Below are positions 1-8,826 of a stretch of DNA of 32,007 bases, one piece after another. The translations under genes were made by a program, and so were the position numbers. Below the pieces are notes generated by a model that searched no databases, was not told the origin of the DNA, and saw only the letters and a program-made list of their open reading frames with translations. How positions within the stretch are numbered: the stretch's first letter is position 1; each line of letters opens with the position of its first letter. The stretch lies in the NCBI RefSeq assembly GCF_001194135.2, contig NC_068985.1, positions 112,132,476 to 112,164,482 on the forward strand. The letters run 5' to 3'. The DNA is from Octopus bimaculoides. Lineage: Eukaryota.

Positions 1-35
<35 letters not shown>
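1..35. repeat. (AT)n microsatellite upstream of RPL18
   Basis: Pure AT dinucleotide run at the window start. Confidence 0.95.
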
Positions 36-38
<3 letters not shown>

Positions 39-212
39 ATACATCTTTCTCCTTCTCTCCGCATTATAAATATATAGAGAAAGAGAAATAGATAGATAAA
101 TATCGATGTTTATGAATTTATACATTTAGCGGATTAATATGTTAAATTCCCATCAAGAGCAAAAGCGGAAGTTGCTTGAATTACTTGCCCTTTACTACCC
201 AGAATCCCGTAG

Positions 213-225
213 TCTTTCTTTTTCC
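213..225 (+). promoter_or_regulatory. TCT initiator / 5'TOP pyrimidine tract of RPL18 (predicted TSS near C214)
   Basis: TCTTTCTTTTTCC about 25 nt upstream of the ATG; typical of ribosomal protein genes. Confidence 0.7.
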
Positions 226-238
226 GCTGATATCCACC

Positions 239-241
239 ATG
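239..241 (+). CDS. RPL18: RPL18 exon 1 coding part (ATG only)
   Basis: CCACCATG followed directly by donor GTGAGT at 242; phase 0 joins in frame to exon 2. Confidence 0.9.
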
Positions 242-366
242 GTGAGTTTGTGCTGATTCTTGCGATGAAACCTTTTACTTATAATCTAACGAATCCGTTG
301 TTAATTTTACCAAAATGGTTTTGCTTACGCTTATTAATCACTCTTATTTGATATATCTACTGACAG

Positions 367-453
367 GGTATCGATATTTGCCATCGATTTGAGAGGAAAG
401 TGAAGAGAAAAGCCCCCAAAAGCAATGATATCTATCTCAGGTTACTCGTCAAG
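367..453 (+). CDS. RPL18: RPL18 exon 2
   Basis: CAG| acceptor and |GTAAGA donor; encodes [29 protein letters not shown], the eL18 N-terminus. Confidence 0.97.
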
Positions 454-1143
454 GTAAGACCACCACATGCGCCTCATTTCTTGTTATATTATGTTAAATA
501 TCTTCTTTTTCAACATTATATTATATAAATGATTAACGTATGGAAAAAAAATCCATCCAAATATGTGCATAACTTGTATAAAATTGTATTTCTTCCCACG
601 CACGTGAAGGAAAGGAAAAATGTGAAGTGAAAGCCGCTTATTGTTATCACCTGCGGTTTCCCCCCCCCCATCAGTTATCGTAATTAGTGGATATTGTAAC
701 ATTCCTTGCTTAATGTTAGCTCGTTTATTGTTATGGAAGGTTTTGTTCAAATGATCACAAAAAGCGGATTCTGGGTGGAATGAAATGAGATTGAAGAATT
801 TGATTTGCTTATACTTCGATAATGGTAAACGTTGGATATTTTACGGCCACTATCGCTTGGTAAGTTCGTAGTGAGACAGGCTTAATTGCAATATTTACTT
901 AAAACTCCCACCGTGGGGACACATGACAAATATACGACACCACGTGTTTAAGGTTTTAAGGCATCACCGTTGTGGCGAAGGTAAAGAATACGCACACCCG
1001 GTGTTTAGGGTTACGCCGGAAACTGGGTGGTGTGCGTATTCTGTACCACCGCCGCAGTTATATATATGAAAGCAACTCTATTTGGACATAAAAATAGGGG
1101 TTGGTTGTTAAACGGTGACTTGTCATCCCCTGAGCTGTCCTTC

Positions 1144-1213
1144 TTTCAATATATTAATGATGATGATGATTCTGACTTGTCTTCTGGTAGTCAATATCCT
1201 TCAGCTGATGGAA
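1144..1213 (+). ncRNA. Possible diverged C/D snoRNA-like sequence (paralog of family A)
   Basis: ATGATGA 1157-1163, TTCTGA 1170-1175, CAGCTGATGGA ending as in family A; no clear C' box and a weak terminal stem. Confidence 0.3.
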
Positions 1214-2944
1214 TCTGCGCCTGAAATAAAAAAGCTTTACGGTAAATTCTACAGGGACCGGGGTTCTGCGTCGTGTACAGGCTATTGTTTTTCACAACAT
1301 TTATTCACTGCTATATATAGTAATTGAGCCACGTGGGTGCTAGTTGTTAAACCTGAAGTATAAGTATTCCAACCATGGCCATCACGTTTGTAAATAACTT
1401 TTTCGTTGATATGTGTAACGAATGCTTGGAATTAGTTTACTTATGTGAAATGAAACACCTTAATGCTAATCTTAAGATGATCCACCTTAATTTAATCCTT
1501 TTGATACTAACCTGCCTATGGTACAAACTTATTTTTAAATTATCTAAATTTGAGACAAGAATGTTAATTTATGTTCCAGACACCAGATTAATGAGTTATT
1601 TTACTAAATTCTCAACTTGAATATGGTCCAAGTGTTAAAATGTTAAGATACAGTGGAAAGAATAGTATAAGGTGCATGTTTATTGGAGATGATGGGGTAG
1701 AGATTTGTCATGGTTCAAGGTAGAAGTCACTTAATGACTTATAGTAGACAAAATTCTGCACATGTAGGATGTAGAATGGTCGTCTCCTATGAGATGGGAA
1801 TAATTCTTGATTCTTTTGCAGCTGCTGTGGATACTTTGCTACAATCATAATGTGGTTCTTTGAGGGTAGTTCCATACTTTATATTTTATATATATATATT
1901 TCAGTTGGTAATTTAAATGCAAGATTAGGGTGAACATTAAATAGTCCTTTAAACAGATAAGTACATTTAAGGGGACAGGTTTATATATTCACATACATAC
2001 ATGCACTCCTGGAAATTGTAAGAAAAAACACTGCATGATTTTTTTTGTGTGTTCATAGCTCACAAATTGGTAGAAACATTATTTTTGACTGGAAAATCAT
2101 ACAGCTGCCTGCAATGTGTTTGGGTTCAAAGGGTTAAAACCCATAGAAAATGTATGATGCATTGAGCTCTGTTGGCCTTAGTGCCAACACCACCTAACAA
2201 AGTGTCTTGTGTTTTTTTTATTTTTTTTTTATTTATTAGACATAAATTTGAAAACTGATTAATTTACTGCTGCATTCTAATATTCAGATATAGAAAGGTA
2301 AGCTTCAAGGATCGAGGTGTAGGAAGTTTGTGTGCTTCAAATAGTCTTTAGAAAATATAAAAAACAACTTTCAGGAACAATAGGGATTTATTGGTGCAGA
2401 AGGTTGTGAATTTTCCATGTATCGAAGAAAAGAGGTTATTTTTACAGTTCACGGTTAGCAACTGGGGATGCTGTATATGTGAATAAACATCCAAAGTTAG
2501 GGAATGGGGTAAATAAAATCCAGGCTACATGTTTCATAGCTAGTGGAACCTTGGAAGTAATAACTATCCAAGCAAATAGTAGATCGCAAGCTACACTTTG
2601 CACCAAGAATATGTTGATTACTCAGTTTACCCTGTCATTAGGAGATCTCGTTTATTGGATATGTTGGGTGGGTTCAGAGGGTAAAAACCCACGGAAAATG
2701 CACGATGTTTCTTTTAATTCAGATGGCAAAATGTCTCAGTATCTGGGGAAGCATTATACTCCTATTGAGTCCACATGGGATCTTCTATAAAGCTGCTTGA
2801 TTTTAGATATGTACTATCTATTTAATCTTGCATCTGTTCGACCCTTTTGCCACTATCTTTTAAACTACAGTCTTAATTTTAACGTTATTTGGCTATTTCA
2901 AACAATGTTGATGACAGTTTTAATATTACTTTATTTCAAAGCAG

Positions 2945-3089
2945 GTTGTTATCAAAAGAGCTTATTTGTTAAGGGTAGTAGTATCTTATAAGGTTGGTTA
3001 ATTATAAGACAACAGAATATAGTGTCTAAAGTGGTTGACTCTCTGGAAAGATTTTTTTGAGACCCAGAGCTACTGGTACAAGTACATCA
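2945..3089 (+). ncRNA. H/ACA box snoRNA candidate, family H1 copy 1
   Basis: Hairpin 1 closed by GTTGTT/GACAAC; H box AGAATA 3014-3019. Hairpin 2 has lower stem GTGTC/GGTAC and upper stem CTCTGG/CCAGAG. ACA at 3084-3086 lies 14 nt from the upper stem. Length 145 nt. Confidence 0.65.
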
Positions 3090-3158
3090 TCTGTGTGTTA
3101 GCATCTTTTAATTTGGAAATGTAGATTAAGTGGTTCTATAGTGTAAATTAGAGTAGGA

Positions 3159-3234
3159 GTGTCTCAATGAGGAGGAAAGAATTCTGATTATCTTTTGTGA
3201 TGACTATTCAGGATCACCCAGCTGATGGAGACGC
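3159..3234 (+). ncRNA. C/D box snoRNA candidate, family A copy 1
   Basis: Stem GTGTCTC/GAGACGC; C-like ATGAGGA 3167-3173, D' CTGA 3184-3187, C' GTGATGA 3197-3203, D CTGA 3222-3225; guide TTCAGGATCACCCAG. Confidence 0.8.
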
Positions 3235-3331
3235 AACTACTATGGTTGGTTGTTAAATGCGATATAAGACTTACAGAGCATCTGCAATTCTAGTGCCCAT
3301 TAAAAGACTGGGTTGGCCATAGCCTTATCTT

Positions 3332-3467
3332 CAACCCATTAGCATTAAAATAGGCCCTATCCAGCCAAAATATTGTACTTGTTTTGTTCAAAATGGCTGA
3401 GTTTGGCCTCTTACACCTACTCTACAATGTCATTTTAAAAGTATGCAATCATGTCATCAAAATCTCA
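3332..3467. mobile_element. piggyBac-type MITE fragment of the common (TTAA)CCC(T/A)TTAGCATT family
   Basis: AACCCATTAGCATT...CTACAATGTCATTTTAAAA. Related fragments lie near 4787-4895, 6205-6403, 6548-6700, 6990-7152, 7605-7648, 10930-11155, 14385-14600 and 20020-20070, several ending AAAGGGTTA(A). Confidence 0.65.
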
Positions 3468-3781
3468 CAAATCCACGTGGACTCGCCGTCTGTAGGTGGA
3501 TCTTGTCCATAAGTACACCGAAAATTGTTGCACTAAAACTGACTTAAACTCAGCGTGCCACAATACACACTGCGCTTTCTGCTGTACAGTCACCACAATT
3601 TCTGTAGAGTGACTGGCCAGACGCTCACTAGTAAAATAGTGATTTGAAAGACAATGCAGTGGCAAATATCAAAACTCTTACAGCTGTTATACAGTCTCGC
3701 ATTGATTTCATACAGATTACTTGCTTATAGCTAGTGCAGTTGACAACTAAAATCACAGAAACCTTTTTTGGTGGACCTGTA
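3468..3781 (-). mobile_element. 5' fragment of a Tc1/mariner-like transposon (DUF4817-type HTH N-terminus)
   Basis: Minus strand begins TA-CAGGTCCACCAAAAAAGG (TIR-like) and encodes VTVQQKAQCVLWHAEFKSV..VQ then, after a frameshift, FRCTYGQDPP. Confidence 0.75.
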
Positions 3782-3891
3782 TTAGCTGCAACAAGTTGGA
3801 TATATAAAGTAAACTCGGTGGTTATCATTACAATTGAACTATACATCATCTTGCATCCGTTTAAACCTTTTATCATCATGACATCATTATT

Positions 3892-4259
3892 CGGTTATCA
3901 AAGGATCTTATTCATTGATAATATTTAATAACAATTAGGGTACTATTTGAAAAGGTTGGTTAACTTGCAGACTACACAATATCCTGTCTGAGCTGGTGAG
4001 CTGGCAGAAATGTTAGCACACCGGTTGAAATGCTTAGGGGTATTCCGCCGAAGTTGACTTCGCCTTTCATCCTTTCGGGGTCGAAGAATTAAGTACTAGT
4101 GGTGTACTGGCGTCGATCAAATTGACCGCCCCCCCCCTCCTCCTCCAAAATTTCTGCCCTTGTGCCTAGGGTAGGACATATTATAGTGTCTAAAGTGGTA
4201 GACTCAGGAAAGTTTTTTTTTTTTTTTTTAGACCCAGTGCTGCTGGCACAAGTACATTT
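3892..4259 (+). pseudogene. H/ACA family H1 copy 2, interrupted by a SINE at the hinge / H box
   Basis: Homologous 5' hairpin (GGTTATCAA...AAGGTTGGTTAA...GACTAC) and 3' hairpin (TAGTGTCTAAAGTGG...GACCCAG...AAGTACA, ACA 4254-4256) are separated by about 200 bp of SINE. Confidence 0.6.
3982..4178 (+). mobile_element. tRNA-derived SINE, internally deleted
   Basis: GGTGAGCTGGCAGAA..GTTAGCAC A-box-like head and GCCTTTCATCCTTTCGGGGTCGA core; absent from H1 copies 1 and 3. Confidence 0.75.
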
Positions 4260-4296
4260 CCTGTGTGTTAGCTTTCAATTTGGAAATGTAGATTGA

Positions 4297-4489
4297 CCCT
4301 TTCATTACTGTATTTATTTTGAGATGCTCTGTGTTTCTTTCAAAGAATTTAGTAAAAACAACTTAATTATTCAGCTAGTGTTAGGAACATAAATTGTGAC
4401 TAAGGTTTGGTGGAAGATTTTAATTCAAAACTTTTGAAAACAAGACATTTATACTAGAGTCGGTTTCAGCCAGGTTGATAACGAAAGGG
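4297..4489. mobile_element. piggyBac-type MITE
   Basis: TIRs CCCTTTCATTAC / ATAACGAAAGGG, flanked by TTGA and TTAA; paralogous cassette copies show the empty site GTAGATTAA. Confidence 0.85.
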
Positions 4490-4522
4490 TTAAATGGTTC
4501 TAGAGTTTAAATTAGAATAGTA

Positions 4523-4598
4523 GTGTCTCAATGAGGAGGAAAGAATTCTGATCATTTTTTGTGATGACCTTTCAGGATCACCCAGCTGATGGAGACAC
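4523..4598 (+). ncRNA. C/D box snoRNA candidate, family A copy 2
   Basis: Perfect stem GTGTCTC/GAGACAC; ATGAGGA 4531-4537, D' 4548-4551, C' GTGATGA 4561-4567, D 4586-4589; same guide as copy 1. Confidence 0.8.
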
Positions 4599-5399
4599 AA
4601 CTACTAATATCGGTGGTTGTTAAATGTGATTTTATAGACTTTCAGAGTATCTGCATTTCTAGTGCCCAATTCTACTACCTACCACTCATGAGTATTTCTC
4701 GCGTGTCTTTGCAATGCCGATTCCAGAAAAGTAGGAAGATATCTGCTATATATGGTTAAAAAACTAGACTTAAACTGAATATCTCTAACCCATTAGCATT
4801 CAAGCAGGCCATATCCAGCCAAAATAGTGTACTTTTGTTCAAATTGGCGGAGTCTGGCCTCACACACCCACTCTACAATGTCATTCTAAAAGTATGGAGA
4901 AATGTAGGGTTAATGAGTGCAAGTGCTCCGGTTGATACTGTTGTCATGTCACTTGACAGGTTTCTTTTGTTCTACTAAATAATGTGGATACAAATGTTTG
5001 TGACATTTTCCACCTTTTCTTCATTTTATACTCATATCCTTGCTGACTGGAGCTGGTTAGGTTGAAAAGATCCAACTAGTACCAGCCACTTAACAATGAG
5101 TGCTAGGTAGTAGTCCATTCCACTTTTTTTTTTTTTTTAATCATAAATTTGAAGGAAAATTAACTTTCTGTCGCATTCTGAAATATATTACCTGCAACAG
5201 GCTGGGTGTATAAAGTAAACTTAGTGGTTATCTTTACGATTGGAACTATGCATCATCTTGTATCCGTTTTAAACCTTTTATCATAATAACATTATTCAGT
5301 TGTTTCAAACTTCAATTAATATGTAATTTTGATCGCGGTTTTAATTTACACTACTTCAAAACAGGTTTTTATCATAGATCCAGAGGTGATATCTGGTAG

Positions 5400-5561
5400 G
5401 TTGTTATCAAGAGTTAATTAATTTGATGCCGGTATTAACTGTTGGGTACTGTCTGAAGTGGTTGGTTAACAGGCAGACAACAGAATGTGGTGTTTTATAT
5501 GCTAGACTCTTTGGAGATAGTTTATTTTTTGAGACCCAGAGCTTCTAGCAGAAGTACACAT
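5400..5561 (+). ncRNA. H/ACA box snoRNA candidate, family H1 copy 3
   Basis: GTTGTT/GACAAC basal stem, ACAGAA (ANANNA) at 5480-5485, upper stem CTTTGG/CCAGAG, ACA 5556-5558 again 14 nt from the upper stem. Confidence 0.55.
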
Positions 5562-5647
5562 CCTGGCCTTTGTTAGCAACTATGGGTTTCCAAATAAACT
5601 CGGAAATGCTGTAGATTAAATTGCTCTGGAGTGTTAATTAGTGTATG

Positions 5648-5725
5648 AGTGCCCCAAATGAGGAAGAAAGATTCTGACTATTTTTTGTGATGACTTTTCA
5701 GGATCATCCAACTGATGGAGGCACT
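5648..5725 (+). ncRNA. C/D box snoRNA candidate, family A copy 3
   Basis: Stem AGTGCC/GGCACT with a compensatory T-A to C-G change; ATGAGGA 5658-5664, D' 5674-5677, C' 5687-5693, D 5712-5715; guide TTCAGGATCATCCAA. Confidence 0.75.
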
Positions 5726-6792
5726 TTTCCTATTGCTAAATGTGATTTTATAGACTTTCAGGCAAACCTAACTGGTTTTTGAAGGATTTTGTGTAGCTAA
5801 CATGTAGAGTTCTTGTGAAGTAACTCCATATGGAATCACTAGGAGTTCCTTGTACCAAATACACTGGTGCTGTTAATTTATTTGTAAGACAGAAGACAAG
5901 ATTTTGGTTCCCAAGTGATTATTGTATCATAGCTAACGTATTTGCTTCTCCTTTTATTCTTAATTTGATTATTGTACTATGGTCATTCTGAGACGAGATT
6001 GTGAAAGATTTGGTCAAACAATCCACCCCAGTACTTAATTTTTTACTTTTAAATTTGGTAAGGTGAGGACAGGTACAGAAGCTGAACTGAAGATAGCAAA
6101 TTCAGCATTTTTACTAACCTCACCTCTTCTGAGGATTGACTGTAAGAACTAGCACACTACTATGCCAGTACCTGTAATTCGAATGTCCTATTCAGCCTCC
6201 AGCATTTATATTGACCATATCCGGCAAGAATATTCTCTCTTATGTCTAATTGACCTGATCCAGGATCTCGCACCTACCTTACAATGTTATTCTACATTAA
6301 ACAATCACATCTTTGAAATCTATGAGATAATGCATGGTTAATTCAAAACAATGTAAATCGAAAAGCATTTTGTTTGATAGAATAATCTGAACACTGAAGG
6401 GTTATTTTTCTTCTTAGTGATGTTCCCAGGTGTGTGTTGGGAAGACTTTCTTCAGAGGACCCTATGTCTCGGTCATCGCAATACTTTTTCATTGCTGCTT
6501 TAAGCATTTGGCAGCAAACCCATACTGTACATGCTGGGTTCATTTGTTTAACCCTTTGGCATCACTCACCTATCTTATAATGTAATTTTTAGACTATAAA
6601 AAAAGTGACATCACAATCCCAAGGCTGAGATAGTACATGATTAATTGAAAGTAGTGTGAATAAACAAGCATTACACTTGACCAAGTAGGTTACAGGAGCT
6701 TTTAAGCAACTGCCTTGTTTACATTGTCTATCAATGATTCCATATCTGAATGTCCTATCTGTATTTGCTCAATGCATCAACTTTATTTACAG

Positions 6793-6900
6793 CTTTACCG
6801 CTTTTTGGCCCGAAGGACCAGCTCCAAGTTCAACAAGATTATCCTGAAGCGTCTCTGCATGAGCAGAAGCAACAGACCACCGGTTCCCCTATCGCGTATT
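6793..6900 (+). CDS. RPL18: RPL18 exon 3
   Basis: TTTACAG| and |GTAAGT; encodes [36 protein letters not shown]. Confidence 0.97.
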
Positions 6901-7180
6901 GTAAGTATATTTTTCCTCGGTGTCTTATATTGTTGTGGTTGAAATAATGTTATATGCTTCATGTCTTGGGAGTTTTATATTGGAGCTTGTTTAAACTGGC
7001 CATATCTGATTCTGTCTTTGTCCGAACCAGTAGGTCCAGCCTCTCACACTCACCCTAAATCTGAAAGCTCAGAGATAGTACATGGCTACTTTAAAGCAAT
7101 GTGAATGAGTAAGAATTGCATTTGACAGAGTAATCCAAATGCTAAAGGGTTACGTTCCTTAAAAACTTGACTGTTAATAT

Positions 7181-7605
7181 GGTGAAGGCACATGGCTCAG
7201 TGGTTAGTGTCTGGCTCAGTGGTTAGTGTCTGGCTCACAATCCTGAGGTAATGAGTTCAATACCTGGACCAGGTTGTATCCTGTGTTCTTGAGCAACACA
7301 CTTTATTTTACATTGTTCCAGTTCACTCAGCTGTGGAAGTGAATTGCAACATCACTGGTGCCAAGCTGTATCAGTGTTTGCCTTTCCCTGTGTGGTAAGA
7401 AGCTTGCTTCCCAACCATGTGGTTCCAGGTTCAGTCCCACTGCATGGCACTTTGAGCAAATGTCTCAAGATACTTATACCAGAGCCTTGTGAGTGGATTT
7501 GGTAGGCAGAAACTGAAAGAGGCATAAAATAAGTTTTTGGAGATTTCTTTGACCAAAACTCTTTAAGGGTGTGCTGCAGTCAAATGACAGAAACGTAAAA
7601 TATAA
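7181..7605 (+). mobile_element. Two adjacent tRNA-derived SINEs in RPL18 intron 3
   Basis: GGCTCAGTGGTTAG A-box (locally duplicated) with GAGTTCAATAC B-box-like motif, then GTGTGGTAAG...GGTTCAGTCCCACTG...GCCTTGTGAGTGGATTTGGTAG, as at 27987 and 28452. Confidence 0.8.
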
Positions 7606-7726
7606 TAAGCATTGCATGATAGAATAATCTGGATGCTAAAGGGTTAATTTGAATCCTACTCAAGTTTGTTAGTATTAATTTATTGTCTCTGAAGTTGCTT
7701 CATTTAATTGCATTTTCTTTGCGCAG

Positions 7727-7822
7727 GTACGACACATGAAGGGACAAGACGAGGATAAGATAGCTGTGGTTGTTTCTACAGTCACTGATGACATTCGTCT
7801 GCACTCAGTGCCCAAGTTGAAG
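7727..7822 (+). CDS. RPL18: RPL18 exon 4
   Basis: TTTTCTTTGCGCAG| and |GTAAAT; encodes VRHMKGQDEDKIAVVVSTVTDDIRLHSVPKLK. Confidence 0.95.
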
Positions 7823-8358
7823 GTAAATTTTCTCTTTGGTATTCAGTGTTTGGCTGGTTATTACCCAACCCATCTATTGTAATGTTGTACTATTTCTCCT
7901 TTCTTTTATGGATGAGGTCTCTTGTTTTCTTTGTTTCCTAACTTCAGCGTATTTACCGTAAATGTCAGTTGCTTGTATGATTGGTATTATTTCATTTGCA
8001 GCTAAACCTTGTTTCTGTTGATCAACGAAATGAAAGTACTAAAAATGCCCTGTTTCAATCTAAAATACTGCTTAATTTTATTTGTGGGTTGTTGCTTAGA
8101 TTTCATTAGTTGTGACCCTTTGTATTCTTTAGTGTAGATATTGAGCAACCAACACTAACCTGGATTCCTGGATATATATTTGGTGTTAGACCTGTTGCTC
8201 TTCCATTATTACAAGCTTAACAAAGCTATTGTTATGTGTGTGTGTGGCTTCATGATTAGGGTATTCAGTTCATAATCACATGGTCATGTGTTGAATTCCC
8301 ATTCTCTGAGTGCAAGTTTTAATGCGAGGATCTTAAAAATTAGTACTACTGCTTATAG

Positions 8359-8435
8359 TGACCACTATGATGATAATCACTTCCGTGGTTCTGATTGTTT
8401 AGTGATTTGCATCTAGCCAATCCACTGAGTGGTCG
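8359..8435 (+). ncRNA. C/D box snoRNA candidate, family B copy 1
   Basis: Stem GACCAC/GTGGTC, box C ATGATGA 8367-8373, D' CTGA 8391-8394, D CTGA 8425-8428; guide TCTAGCCAATCCA. Confidence 0.85.
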
Positions 8436-8445
8436 GTTAATGTTT

Positions 8446-8575
8446 AACTGTTCATATACTGATGTGTCTAAGACTTATTACAAGCATCCTCTTTGAGAGT
8501 GATCTAAATTAAAAGTTCCCATGTTGATTTATGTTCCAAACACCAGTTGGTTTATTCAGTTTTCAATAAACATAG
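8446..8575 (+). ncRNA. Possible H/ACA snoRNA, family H2
   Basis: AAATTA (ANANNA) 8506-8511 and ACA 8570-8572; homologous blocks at about 1507-1605 and 16556-16679. Confidence 0.35.
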
Positions 8576-8826
8576 TAGTCTTGAATACAACAAATCTGTT
8601 TGGGTTTGTTTGGTGTTCTAACCGGAAAAAATTAATTCCCCTTTATTTGTTCAAGCCGGCCGTATCCGAAAGCTCTATGAAATTCCTAAAAAAAAAATAA
8701 ACAAATCACGTTAATGCAAGATGAAGCCTTTCCCGCCTTTATTCAAGTATAAATATTGTGAAATTGTTTAGACCACATGGTTTTTTCAACGTTTGAAGAG
8801 AAGTGTTTATCTTGGTTGTGAAAGAA

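Noticed and set aside
101-376. DRE-like TATCGAT motifs at 101-107 and 369-376
   Set aside because: The first is imperfect, the second lies in coding sequence (Gly-Ile-Asp codons), and DRE function outside insects is not established from this sequence.
750-815. ATGATCA...ATGAAATGA...TTGA C/D-like pattern
   Set aside because: Boxes are degenerate, it is single copy, and no guide target was recognised.
3121-3234. Resemblance to U3 snoRNA (TTCTATAGTGT, TTCAGGATCA, GAGGA box; family B ends ACCAC...CTGAGTGGT)
   Set aside because: Motifs are out of U3 order or split between families, the units are about 75 nt rather than over 200, there is no B/C box pair, and no snRNA-type promoter is visible.
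3735-3795. Hairpin TGCAGTTGA/TAGCTGCA followed by ACA, resembling an H/ACA end
   Set aside because: Overlaps the terminus of the mariner fragment, and the pocket-to-ACA spacing is wrong.
2170-5100. Two hairpins followed by CCAC(C/T)TAACAA (about 2170-2200 and 5052-5097)
   Set aside because: Only 6-7 nt from stem to ACA, with no lower stem or H box; more likely old duplicated flank.
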